Assembly (NCBI RefSeq): GCF_001194135.2
Contig: NC_068984.1
Location: 32,122,074 to 32,186,073, forward strand
DNA: 64,000 bases
Direction: 5' to 3'
From: Octopus bimaculoides
Taxonomy: Eukaryota
The position numbers were made by a program, and so were the translations under genes. The notes beneath the pieces were generated by a model that had not been told where the DNA came from, did not search any database, and saw only the letters and a program-made list of their open reading frames with translations. The first letter of the stretch is position 1; each line of letters opens with the position of its first letter. Below are positions 1-12,108 of this stretch, in pieces.

Positions 1-788
1 ATCTCCTTTTTATGGCTTCATCAAGGTCAGAAAAGGGAAGAATGAAGAGCAGTGTCCACTTTTACACAGCCTTGAACACATATTAGTAAAAGGAGAAAGA
101 AATTGTGTTCAATGGATTCCTGCAATAAGGAGAATTGTACAAACATATTAAGTTATATGGTCTGATTTGGCCTGAAAGATATCCCAAAGCCAAAATGGGG
201 TGTTGAAATGAATGTTCCATCTGACAGTTACCATTTCCCTAATTTCACTCATAAGGCCTATATTGATCTGAGACTATTGTAGAAGATACTTGTGAATCAA
301 ATACACAAACATGTTATTATATAGTAAAAATCTTAATCATTATGGCAATGTTTTACATAGCAAAACTTCATTATTTCATCAATATACAAGCCAATGACAA
401 TCTTGTCTTTGGATTTTTAGTCCTAAAACAACTTACAAATGGTTGTGTTTAGTTTATTTTAAAAATAACATGAAGGCTGTTGAAGGAGTCTTACTTTTTG
501 CTGCAGTGACTTAAAAAAAAAAGCTCATGAAATGTCTAATACACTGCACCCCATACAATAAACCATTGTATCATGTATTATATGATATGATCTCAGCCAG
601 TTATGCATATATTGTGTATGCTTTGGTGCTCAATGATTTAATGCTTCTAAAACCTGTTGAGGATTTTAAGGACCAGTACTTTGCTTTAGTTTATAGATAA
701 ATATTGCAAATAGGATGATGGTTTAATGCAGGATATTTTCCCAGATGATCATTTACCAATTTCAGTTATTCAATGAAATGAGACAACA

Positions 789-820
789 ATGAATCAAAAT
801 GTTCTTTTATCAAAGCTTAG
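789..820 (+). CDS. Candidate first coding exon of a speculative 4-exon small ORF (MNQNVLLSKL, ends phase 2)
   Basis: ATG at 789 with A at -3 and an upstream in-frame TGA; donor AG|GTAATA at 820/821; phase compatible with 6021-6066. No homology recognised. Confidence 0.12.
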
Positions 821-849
821 GTAATATAATGTCAGAACCAGCTTAGAAT

Positions 850-1055
850 TATTATCATTATTGTTGGTTCCAAATTTTGCACAAAGCCAGCAATTTCAAG
901 GGAGGTGAGTAAATCAACCCCACTGCTCAGCTGGTACTTATTTTATCAACCCAGAAAGGATGAAAGGCAAAGATGATCTTGGTGGAATTTGAACTCAGAA
1001 TGTAAAGACAAATGGAATGACACTAAGCATTTTGCCAGCTTGCTACCTTTATTAG
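850..1055 (-). mobile_element. tRNA-derived SINE, family B (Meta-domain-like core), degraded
   Basis: Reverse complement carries gagttcaaattcc...tttgcctttcatcctt...gataaaataagtaccag, shared with copies at 1085, 38750, 40130 and 40540. The Meta-domain label is from recall of MetaSINE cores, not verified. Confidence 0.7.
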
Positions 1056-1084
1056 TATTACTATCATGAAGATTGATATTCACC

Positions 1085-1290
1085 TTGCTGGCAAAACTGT
1101 TAGCACGCAGGGTAAAAATGCTTGGCTGCATTTTTCCTGACTGAGTTCAAACTCCAACAAGGTTGACTTTGCCTCTGATTTTTCAGAGTTGATGAAATAT
1201 GTACCAGTTGAGCATTGGGGTGATGTATTTGACAGACTCCATCTCTATAAAATTTCAGCTCTTGTGCCTGTTGTAGAAAGGATAATTACT
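1085..1290 (+). mobile_element. SINE family B, degraded, head-to-head with the previous copy
   Basis: ctgagttcaaactccaacaaggttgactttgcc...gtaccagttgagcattgggg. Confidence 0.65.
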
Positions 1291-2503
1291 AAGTTTGGCA
1301 GATTGTCAGGAAACAGCCTGGGATTTTGAAAACCAGTATATTGTAGAAATAACAGAGCATCTTATAAATTATTTCACAATATCTTACTTAACCTCTCAAC
1401 ATTTTGAACTGAAATCCAGAGGTGAGTTGACTTTTTATCATTTTAGTGGCTCACAGAAAAAGTATCAGCAACTCTTTGTGGTGGTAGTGGGGGTTAGTTT
1501 TTCTTTTATTATATAGTCAGTAGGGAAAGTAGTGCCCATGCCTCATCACAGGGCCACCAAAACTAGTGGGAGGGAGAGAAGAATATGTCCTTAAACCAGA
1601 GAACTGATGCTTGCAACAGAGTAGACTTCATGGAAGGCACTCAAGGTGCCATGTGGTGATGCTAAACCGGGTAAGAAATCTTGTCTACCAAGTTTACATC
1701 CGTCCAGTAATATCAGTAATATTCTCGGGTTCAATTCAGTTGTGACTCACAAATATATTCTAATGATCTTGTGCTACATCAAAATAAATCATCATCATCA
1801 TCATCATCATCATGATTACTGCTGTTTTAATATCCAAGTGACAAACAATTAAACATTTTATGATCCAAATGTAAATTTACAAAACCTAACTGATTGGCAC
1901 TAATTCAATCTGTTTGGATTTAATCATTTCATTAAATATCTGAATCCCAGTTTAATTGCAGATTACTGAGCAAAGCTTTCAGGCTTTCATCTAATTGCTT
2001 GTTTGCATTTTTGGAATATGTCACAGCTGACTGATGTCATGTGATGTGGGGAAAAAGCCATTTGATTATTTGCAGGGGACATTTCTTTAGCCCCCCTCTT
2101 CTTTCTCTCTCTTTACTCATCTTCTTTTCTCCCTTTCTCCTTCCTTCTCTCCTCTTCTCCCTTCCTCTCTGTATGTATGTGCTGTTTTGGTAATATTTTT
2201 GTTTTATGCTAGTAAATATGGGAAAATATTATCCATAACTGAATTTTGCTGAACAGTCACCATGGAAAAGATGTTACAACCTTGCTATTAATTGTTTTCT
2301 TAAACAGTCTTCAGTGTTCAGTACAAACGTAACAGGCTAGATATAGTTGTTTGGGTCTGATAAGAATAGATATGTATTGTCATGCAGGTCAGTTGTCCTG
2401 CTGATGTATATATCTCTTAAAACAATCAAACTGAAAGATGTTAATGATGGAAAACTGCTTTGAAACCTTCATCTTCTATACCCCAGTTATAAATTCACAT
2501 TTA

Positions 2504-2879
2504 GTTAGTTAGTTGGCACTCCGTCGCTTACAAAGTCGAGGGTTCCAGTTCATCCGACCAACGGAACAGCCTGCTCGTGAAATTAACGTGCAAGTGGCTG
2601 AGCACTCCACAGACACGTGTACCCTTAACGTAGTTCTCGGGGATATTAAGCGTAACACAGTGTGACAAGGCTGACCCTTTGAATTACAGGCACAACAGAA
2701 ACAGGAAGTAAGAGTGAGGGAAAGTTGTGGTGAAAGAGTACAGCAGGGTTTGCCACCATCCCCTGCCGGAGCCTCATGGAGCTTTTAGGTGTTTTCGCTC
2801 AATAAACACTCACAATGACCGGTCTGAAAATCGAAACCACGAGTCCGCTGCCCTAACCACTGGGCCATAGCGCCTCCAC
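2504..2879 (-). mobile_element. Full-length tRNA-derived SINE, family A, with 13-bp TSD
   Basis: Reverse complement of 17791-18184 at high similarity; tRNA-like head GGAGGCGC.ATGGCCCAGTGGTTAGGG; TSD aaattcacattta at 2491-2503 and 2880-2892; (TAAC)n tail. Confidence 0.9.
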
Positions 2880-3185
2880 AAATTCACATTTATACTAATA
2901 ACAATTAGTTCTCTTGGTTTTGTTCATAAATGTTTAAATGACAATCCAGTAAACCTAGAGTTTTCAAAAAATAAATTAACCAATTAATAAGCACATCACA
3001 TATGCAATCTGTAAGCAGATATTGATGATGANNNNNNNNNNNNNNNNNNNNNNNNNNNNNNNNNNNNNNNNNNNNNNNNNNNNNNNNNNNNNNNNNNNNN
3101 NNNNNNNNNNNNNNNNNNNNNNNNNNNNNNNNNNTATATATATATATATATATGTCATTGTTATCCTCATCATTACTATTTAACA

Positions 3186-3231
3186 ACTATTTTCCATGCA
3201 GGCATGGAAGAGCTGGCAAACCACCACATAT

Positions 3232-3266
<35 letters not shown>

Positions 3267-3480
3267 TTATCTTCTGTTTCGATTCTGGCATGGATTGGAT
3301 GGTTTGGTAGGAGCTGGTAAGGCAAGGAACCATACAAGGCTCCATTGTCTGCTTTGGTATGATTTCTACAGCTGGATGCCCTTCTTAATGCCAACCACTT
3401 TACAGACTGGACTGGTGCTTTTTACATGGCACCACCACCAACAGGGTCGACAAGTAACTTGCAAGACAAAAACCCCCTTG
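3186..3480 (-). mobile_element. RTE-type LINE 3' UTR/tail fragment
   Basis: Reverse complement contains attaagaagggcatccagctgtagaaatc and catgcctgcatggaaaa; adjacent (ATC)n tail; same family as 29280-29548 and 53438-53768. Confidence 0.7.
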
Positions 3481-4211
3481 GTAGGGAGGAGGAGTAGTAG
3501 TGAATGGCGTGGCTTTGTGCCACTTGATGAGAGATTAGAAGTATAGAGAGACAGGGATAGGAGTTTTGTTGAAGAGTAGATACACGAACACTCCAGTTGA
3601 AAAGGAATAGAGGGTGAGTTAGAAGAAGATAAGGAGAGCAAACGATAGAGGTGCTCCAGCATGACTACAGCCACATGGCTGAAACAAGTAAAAGAGAGTA
3701 ATAGAAAGGAGATGGTGTCTAAGATGTGCTAAGACATGCCCTCAAGGGAAATTGGGGGTTGTGAGAATAAGTGGAATGATACAGAGGTTTGGACTGTGTG
3801 GGCAAGATAAAAATGACCGAGGCAAATGATGAAGTGAAACGTAGACGTTCAGGGACAGAGGTTGCAGTAGGTAAAGGCATTGAGTGTATTAGCAGACAAG
3901 CAAAGTGTTAAATAATGGCAGACAACATAGGCGAGAGAAGGCAAAGAAAAGAGGTGATTTGTGGCGACAGTAGGTTGGGAAAGATAATGAGAAATGCAAG
4001 TAGTTTGGGGTGGAAAAGGAAGTAACTGAGAAAGCTGGGGACGTAGTATGTGTTTAGTCTGCTCTCAGGTGGCACCTACATATGCAGGCACACACACTTA
4101 TGTACATACTTATATGTACGCATTGCGTATATTTATATACGTGTGTGTGATAGGATGGTTGAATCTGTTCTTTTTAATGTTTTAAGCCATACTTGTAAAT
4201 GTCTAATGTAT

Positions 4212-4252
4212 ATTTAGAGGGTATTACAGAGTCCAAGTAACTTGGTAGCAAA

Positions 4253-4299
<47 letters not shown>

Positions 4300-5164
4300 C
4301 TCATACATTCATACATACATGTATGAATGTATGAGTGTGTGTGTGTGCTTTGCTTCCAAGTTATTTGGACTCTGTAATACCCACTAAATGGATGTTACTG
4401 TCTTACTTTTTGAGCACACTAATACTAAATATGATTCTCCCTGTGGAGTTTATATATATATACATATATATATATATATAAATTTAAATAATAAGGGGGG
4501 AAAAATTGAATATTAATTTGATTAATATCAATTTAAAACCAGTGGCCTAGCATTATGAAAAATGGTGTTTGCTGAATTTTCTTGAGAACAATCTTTTCTT
4601 AGTGGTCAGACCATAGGTGGTCTACTTCTAGCAAAATGGATGTCCACTTAGTGGTCATCTCTCTTATATGTATGTATGTAATATAATTTTTCTGAATCTG
4701 CAGATTTTTCAATATGCTAGGCCACTGGTTTTAAATTGATATTAATCAAATTAATATTCAATTTTTCACCCTTATTATTTAAATTTAAATAACCATGTTC
4801 TCTAACTGGCAAAATTCACTGCAGAGAATTATTTTCTGCAGAATTATTTCTGGTATTTGGTGTGCCAGAACAAAGACTTTTGAAATATAACCCCAAATGT
4901 AATTGGTAGAACTATATACTTGTTCAATCTCATGCAGATGTCTTGTGTATAGTTCTGCAAATTATATTGCCAAGACGATCATACTGAAGAGCTGCGGACA
5001 ATTACGTAAGTAATTACGTAAGTGGTGACAATGAAACCAGTCTATGATTAATGTCTATATTTTGTATCTTTTCATTTGTCTTGCTCGCTTACGTTTCTTA
5101 GTGGTCAGACTATAGGTGGTCTACTTCTAGCAAAATGGATGTCCACTTAGTGGTCATCCCTCTC

Positions 5165-5234
<70 letters not shown>

Positions 5235-5288
5235 TCCACAGGGAGAATCCTATTTAGTATTAGTGCAGTCAAAAAGTAAAACAGTAAC
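4212..5288. repeat. Nested inverted/direct repeat complex around a PLE-like, HHR-bearing fragment
   Basis: Inverted pairs 4212-4320/4321-4389, 4402-4450/5232-5288 and 4479-4563/4704-4787; direct pair 4595-4668/5094-5168. Confidence 0.85.
4977..5049 (+). ncRNA. Degenerate type I hammerhead ribozyme (PLE-type)
   Basis: gatcata-CTGAAGA-[long stem II with ttacgtaa-GTAA-ttacgtaa hairpin]-GAAAC-CA-GTC-tatgatt. Stem I is 7 bp; the base of stem II and the stem III palindrome are eroded. Confidence 0.6.
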
Positions 5289-5769
5289 AACCAATGATGT
5301 CAAAAGTATGAAAGAATTTATGTGTATACAAAAGTTAGAGTGGCATGTTATAAAGCATTGAGAAAAATTTATATAGATAAGAATTACTTGGCAGAGATAG
5401 AACAGGGGAAATAATACTGTGCTAGTAAAAGTAAATCTGTTTATACAATATTCAGTAGAAAGGAAGAAATGATTTTTGTTGATGAGAAAAATAAAAAATG
5501 AATGTAGAAAAGTTGAATATGGTAAAAAATAAATGACATATGGAAAGAAATCTGATGCATTGAGAGAAATCTGAAGAAGTATAATGTTTAAACTGTATAA
5601 AGGAAAAACTTTATAGAACGAATTATTTAACTATTGTAATGAATAATATCATAGACATTTCACCATCTCTTTAATTCCTGATTAACTTGTCCCACCATCA
5701 TTATTATACAGGAAAATAAGGTAGAAACTAGAAGATGGGAGAATTTGAGAGTGATAGAAATAATATAAG

Positions 5770-5875
5770 ATTTATTCAGGCTATATAGCATTAGAGACAG
5801 CCTATCATTTACTGTCTAGATGTAAAATACTTCCTGGGAATTATGTTAAGAAGCAAGATTATATATGGATAGTCT
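5770..5875 (+). mobile_element. Relic of the CCHC zinc-knuckle region of an REL-type (R4-like) non-LTR retrotransposon
   Basis: Translates to LETAYHLLSRCKILPGNYVKKQD, resembling the ETxxHLxSGCKxLAxxxYxxRHD motif. Confidence 0.4.
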
Positions 5876-6020
5876 TAACAGTAGCTTGCATAAAGGAAGA
5901 AGTACTTATTGAAGGAAATAATGATATGGCTTTTTCTAATCTTTTTTTTTTTTTTTTCATTGAATCTTCTATTAAAGTTGTTGGTGTAAATATTTTTTTC
6001 CAGCTATTTTTCTTGTTCAG

Positions 6021-6066
6021 ACTAAAGTTTCACCATAATGGAGGTGTCAGAAAAACAAGCCTACAG
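6021..6066 (+). CDS. Candidate internal exon (46 nt; LKFHHNGGVRKTSLQ)
   Basis: Acceptor tttttcttgttcag and donor CAG|GTAAGA; one fully open frame. The antisense strand resembles an RTE linker relic (DVDIDVEW*EIK), so this may be chance or exonization. Confidence 0.2.
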
Positions 6067-6309
6067 GTAAGATTTTATCTCTTACCACTCTACATCAATA
6101 TCCACATCTTCATCGTTAGCAAAAGTTAGACAACAGTTCAATTTCAAAACTGAGAGTAGTCACTCTGTTGATAATGGAACATTATAGACAGGACGAGGAG
6201 AACCACTGTCAACATGATATGATCAGTGGGATGTGGTAACTATTTGATAAGGAAGGTATGATAATGTTTGAATATATTACTACGTAAAATATATCATATA
6301 ATTTTGTCT

Positions 6310-6680
6310 GCTTTTTCATGATTGCATGGGGTTGATGGGTCATTGCTTGTCCAGTATCTCACTACTTTTCATTTCCTTTGCAAGAATCAGCATACTGAGA
6401 TCAGGTCTCACCACTTCTTCTTCCTTTCCACTGGCTCCATCAATTTGTTTTGCTTGACTTCTTCACCCAAATATTATCCTTCATATGTATCACATATCCA
6501 TATCTTGCACGCTACAGTTCATTCCTCCTAAGCTCATTTTCTCTCTCACTTCATGTGTGCTCATCATTTATGTACATCCAAGCAGAGCTTGATTACCTCG
6601 GAAGATTATCATTATTTCTGTTACTAGCTTCCACATCTTTCTGGTCATCTTTATCATCTACACATGTGATTGTTTTTTAT
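6310..6680 (-). mobile_element. Degraded RTE LINE 3' end
   Basis: Minus strand reads RARYGYVIHMKDNIWVKK, followed by an aaccccatgcaatcatgaaaaa tail motif. Confidence 0.5.
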
Positions 6681-7440
6681 TAACATAGTTGTACATGCAG
6701 TTAATATATTTGACCATATTTTATTTCTCATGCCCTTCCAGTCTTGGTTATTCTTTATAGGTGAATGTCCTTTCTTTATAGCTTACTGCAACCAGTCAAA
6801 GAAAAGCCGATACCAAATATGCTAGTTTCAGGTTTTCTCTTGAAATATATAAATATCTTGCATTATCACTTTATTTGATCTTTTAAAAGTAAATCCATAA
6901 TTTTAAAATTTTCAATTATACATTCAATGCCATTGAAACATGACAACAACTAAAAGCTAGCAACAAAGTTCCAAATATTTTAAGCTTTTACATATTTCAA
7001 ATTACCTAGCTTTACTTCAAACCATGATAACCAAAGTTACACTAAGATAGTTATATAGAATAGCCATTTTCAGTACTTTGAAAAGTTATAGATTTCATTG
7101 CACTAGACATCAGGAAAACTGCTTCAGGACAGTGTAGCCTCAAAAGAGTTAACTCAATGATTATTGAATTTATTTTTAGAACTTTTACATGTAGTATCTT
7201 ACTACTGCACATAACTTTGTGAAGTGTCAGCAGTTCTCCATCAAGTTTTAAACTATCTTTGGATTTAACTTTTATTATATTTCTAGAGTACCCATGGTAT
7301 CAAAAGTAACAACAGTTTCAGGAAAGTTTGGAAATGTTTTAGAATAACAAAAGCAGTTTCATTTTGTCACACATTTTATTAGAAGTATATACACTATAGG
7401 GGAAAAACGAATTGGAAACAAAACATAGAGATTGCTTCTG

Positions 7441-7472
<32 letters not shown>

Positions 7473-7483
7473 NNNNNNNNNNT

Positions 7484-7725
7484 GGTAGATGGAAACTGAA
7501 AGAAGCCTGTTGTATGTGGTGTGTGCATGTGCTGTTTCTTTGTGTCTATATTTGTTCCCCACCCCAGCATTTGACAACCAATGTTGGCATATTTACGTCC
7601 TTGTAACTTAGCAGTTCAAAAAGGCTTACAAAGAATAAATCCTGGGGTCAAGTTCTTCAACTAAAACCCTTTGAGGCAGTGCTCCCGGATGGCCACAGTC
7701 ACATGGCTGAAACAAATAAAAAAAA
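7484..7725 (+). mobile_element. SINE family C (CORE-like), 5' part lost in gap
   Basis: tggtagatggaaactgaaagaagcc, internal microsatellite, and ggccacagtcacatggctgaaacaaataaaa tail. Confidence 0.75.
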
Positions 7726-7730
7726 TTAAA

Positions 7731-7772
<42 letters not shown>

Positions 7773-10276
7773 CATCATCACCATTCAACATCTACCATCC
7801 ATATATTTCCTTAGTTAGAAACAGGTGAGAGTTGGCAAAAAGAAGGGCATCCTGTCTTAGAATATCTGCCTCTAGGAATTCTACCTGACCTAAGCAAGCT
7901 TTGAAAAGTGAATGTTGAAATGATTATGATTATAAGGATGATGATGAGGAGGATACATATACATACACATACATACATCTCATGTAAGGGAGCTGGTTGA
8001 AGTTGAGCGTATGAATATAAAATACCTTACAGCTGTATTTTCTTTGAATAATAACTGACACACATTGTTATAGCTTTTATTCCAAACTGCTCTCAGTTAA
8101 ATTTGCTTGCTTATTTTTACTTTAATTGCCATTCTGGTAATTTAATGAATGATGAAAACCTCATCCTACTACTCACATTCATTTTACTTCTATTGTCATT
8201 CACCCACTCTTTCAATACCAATGCAAAGAAAACTAGAAGCCTCCTACTTCCATGTTACTGTGTACTGGTGCCTAATTCTTTAAGTGCAAACTAACTGCCA
8301 CTCATGTATAGTGGTGTTCATATTAGATAATGTACTTCTAAATATACTACCTGATAATGGCAAAATAGTCACAAACGGGGCTGCTTCCATTATAAGTCTG
8401 CTCAATCAAGACTAACCGAGGGCTAAATGACAACAACAGTATAAGACAATCAGATTAGATTGTGAAATATATTCTTCATGCTCCAAATGCCCCGGAAAAT
8501 TATTGCATGTGGCTAACTGTAGTTTGGAGAAAGCAAAGTATAATTTTGATGTATTAATGTAGGGTGTATGATTTATGAGATGCTCCTATACACCACATAA
8601 ATAGATACTATTATGTCATATATTTTATTGAGGAGAACTGACAAAGCTACTTAGCAAAACAACAACAACAGGATCAATTTCAATAATGCTGCTTGCAGCA
8701 TATACAGAGAATTAAATAGATCTTATTCACACTTGACACCACGATTTCTAAATGATCTAAAATTACAAGTATAGAACCTAAGAAAATATATTTATAAAAT
8801 TTCTAAATTTTTTTTTCGGTATTTCTTTTTAAAAACTCAATCTAAAATTCTGAAAAGTTTCTAAACCTATATAAGTTGTACAGTGTGGTCTGAAGTGTTA
8901 CTTTAAAAAATAGATTTATAATTTAAGGTCATAAAGTAATCAGTGACAGTTGCACAAAATGGGAAGAACTTGTGATAAAATAAAATAATTCTGAAGAAAT
9001 GAGATTCCAAAACTCTCCACACAGAAAAGCCTTAAGAAAATTGGAGCCTTCTTTGCAGCTTGTGGAAACAGATAGCACTTTCATTTGATTTCAGTATAAA
9101 TAATGGAGCCTATTTGTCTTGGTTTTAAAATCATTTTTACTACCATTCCGATTGTGTTGATTGCTGGATAAACTCAAGATACATATTATTGTGTCAGAAA
9201 GTCATATTTGAAGAGCTACATAAAAACATAATAGAGAATCACAAGTACAAATATGCACACTCTCTCCCGTTCTCTCTCACCTTTTCGCATACATTCTTAC
9301 TAAAAGCAATTAAATTTTTTTTTTTTTTTTGCCTGGAGAAAAGGGATCAGCCCAGGGTATTTGCTGGCCCTCTGCAACCAATGTGACTTATATACTTAAC
9401 AGTACTTTTGAAAGATTGTAAAACCATGGCTGAATGAAAAACATGCCAAAAAAAATTTACATAGAGAAAGTATCCTGTAGAAGAAAGGTTCGGTTTAGTG
9501 CAAAGCCTAGGGAGATAGGACACAACATGGGTGATGAAAGACAAGAGAATCAATACTACCTGAATAGAGATAATGTATGAAAAGTAAGCCCTGAAAATCA
9601 AAGGCTACTGCAGTTGAAGTTGAAGAAAGAGAGAGACAGGGACAGGGCAGAAGGCAGCAACGTATCTATAAGTCAGAGAGATTAGAATGCAATTGTGAGG
9701 AACTGTGTGCCAATCAAATAAGTGGCTTTTATATGGATTCAGTGGAGAATGTGAGAGGAGTACTCCACTGTAGGTGGGAATGGTGGCAAAGCTCACTAAA
9801 GTTTTGCAGAGAATTTGTATATAAGGGCCACTCACTTGAGATGCAGTTTTTGCTATGTTCTGTGGTACTTTTCACCCCTGTTCTTTTGTACTTTTGTTTC
9901 AGTCATTGGACTGTAACCATACTTTGAATGACTCCAGTACCTTGAATGACTCCAATACCATACTTTGAATGACTCTTAATGACCCCAGTACATATTTTAA
10001 TGTGTTGCACTTACTGCATAATTCCCTCTTTTATTGCACATCTTACATATTTTACTTAAACATAGAAGCATCATTTTTAAATGTTCTTTGTGCAAGCACA
10101 AATATAGAAATCAAGATGTGGAAGGCAATTAAGCCTCAAAGAAACTACCAATATTACCCAACTAAATATAAAATAAATATAGTATACTATTGAATGTGAT
10201 TCTTCAATTTAATGATTACCTGTCTTTAAGGACAACTATACATAAATATACATACATGTGTATAATTATACCGATA

Positions 10277-10632
10277 CATGGGTGCAAGTGTCTTCTAAAT
10301 AGACTTGGGCCAAAGTCTTGTGGTCTTCTGAGAGGATTTGACAGATAGAAACTGAAAGAAGCCTGTAATACACACACACACACACACATACACACACATA
10401 TTCATATATCTGTGTGTGTTGTTGCATTTATGTTTGGCCCCCACCACCACTTGATAATTGGTGTCTGTTTGTTAATACTCTTATAACTTTGCAGTTCACC
10501 AAAATGGTGTGATAGAATACATCAGGTTTCAAAAGAATGTACTGGGGAAATTTGTTTATCTAAATACTTCAATGCAGTGCCCCAGCATGGCCGCAGTCCA
10601 ATGACTGAAACAAGTAAAGAGTAAAAAGAAGA
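10277..10632 (+). mobile_element. SINE family C (CORE-like)
   Basis: gcaagtgtcttct...gaaactgaaagaagcc...(CA)n...ccagcatggccgcagtccaatgactgaaacaagtaaaag. Confidence 0.75.
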
Positions 10633-11269
10633 CTGATACACATGCACAAATATACATATACGTGCATGTATGTATAAATGCACACTTGTTAGCCCTCAAT
10701 ATTTGTATAAAACAACATTATCAGTGTGTCTTTTTCTATATCGCCCTGTAGCAAAAAACCAATTTATCTTGGTAAATGAACCACAGGTTTACAAATTTGA
10801 CTGTTACAAGTTTTGAATTTTGATTATTAGGATTTCAACATCAATCTCAGGACTTATCTATTAACCAGGTGTATATTTATCTGCAGAGTTATTTTACCTG
10901 ATCCTTTATTAATCCGTCTTTGTTTTGCTATTTGACTACATAAATACGTACATACATACATGCATACATACATACATACATACCTACATGCATACATACA
11001 TACATACATGCATGCATNNNNNNNNNNTACATACATACATGCATGCATGTATATATACATGCATGCATGCATATATACATGCATGCATGCATACGTACAT
11101 ACATACATACATATAAACTAGCAAGTTTTAGGGAACAATAAATATTCCATACCAGGTGAGACAACTCCTCTTGAGATGATGATGAAAGATTTCAATATTT
11201 CATCATTATTGTGGCTATGTGTGTGTGTGGAGTTTTCAGGACATTTATAAGGAAAAAGAAATAGATATA

Positions 11270-11317
11270 GTCTTTTAGCTGTTTCTGAGATGTTATGGAT
11301 ATCCCTTTATCAGAGAC
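11270..11317 (-). ncRNA. Degenerate minimal type I hammerhead ribozyme (left arm)
   Basis: gtct-CTGATAA-agggatatccataacatctca-GAAAC-AGCT-aaaagac; G8 and the GUA triplet are mutated. Confidence 0.55.
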
Positions 11318-12060
11318 GATGTGAGATGGTTAAATAGAGGTAAATATTTCAGTTTGAAATAGGAATTATTATGGAAAAGGAGGAGATAGGGGAATATAGA
11401 GGGAAATAGGAGAAGGAAAGTAGAAATATAAATATAAAATATATGAAGATATTGTAGTTGCAGTTCCATTATTCAAGGAAAGTGGTGTATAGAAGTGGTA
11501 AAAAATTTCCTGTACATGGTATGTAATTTCCAATTAATTTCATGTAATTCCATGTTTAGTCATTTTAAAGTATGTGGCTGTGGACTCGGTGCTGCTCATT
11601 CGAAAGGGCCTTGTGGTGTGAATGAAAATTTGAGAATGTATTAGTAGTATTTGTGGATAGATGTTGGAGGGTGAGATGTGTATGTTTAGAATGAGATATG
11701 TCAAAATGGAAATAAGAAGAGAAAATGAGAGGAAAAAGGGAAAAGAGTGAAAAATCTGAAGAAAGAGTGAAGGGAGTGAGAAAAGTGTTAGTTGGTGGTC
11801 AAGATAATGTGAGGGGAGGATGGGAGAGGAGTGGAGGAGATATAGGAAACCTATGTACCATGTACAGGAAGCATTTTTACCTCTTCTATACACCATTTTC
11901 CTTGAATAATGGAACTGCAACTACAATATCTTCATATGTTTTATATTTATATTTCTACTTTCCTTCTCCTATTTCCCTCTATATTCCCTATCTCCCTCTT
12001 CTCCATAATAATTCCTTATTTTGAACTCAAATATTTACCTCTATTTAACCACCTCACATC

Positions 12061-12108
12061 GTCTCTGATGAAGGAATATCCGCAATATCCCAGATACAGC
12101 TGTAAGAC
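12061..12108 (+). ncRNA. Degenerate minimal type I hammerhead ribozyme (right arm)
   Basis: gtct-CTGATGA-aggaatatccgcaatatccca-GATAC-AGCT-GTA-agac; stem I gtct/agac, palindromic AGCT loop, GAAA mutated to GAUA. Confidence 0.65.

Noticed and set aside
5001-5022. Tandem TTACGTAA PAR-bZIP (D-box) sites
   Set aside because: Better explained as the stem II hairpin of the hammerhead relic at 4977-5049
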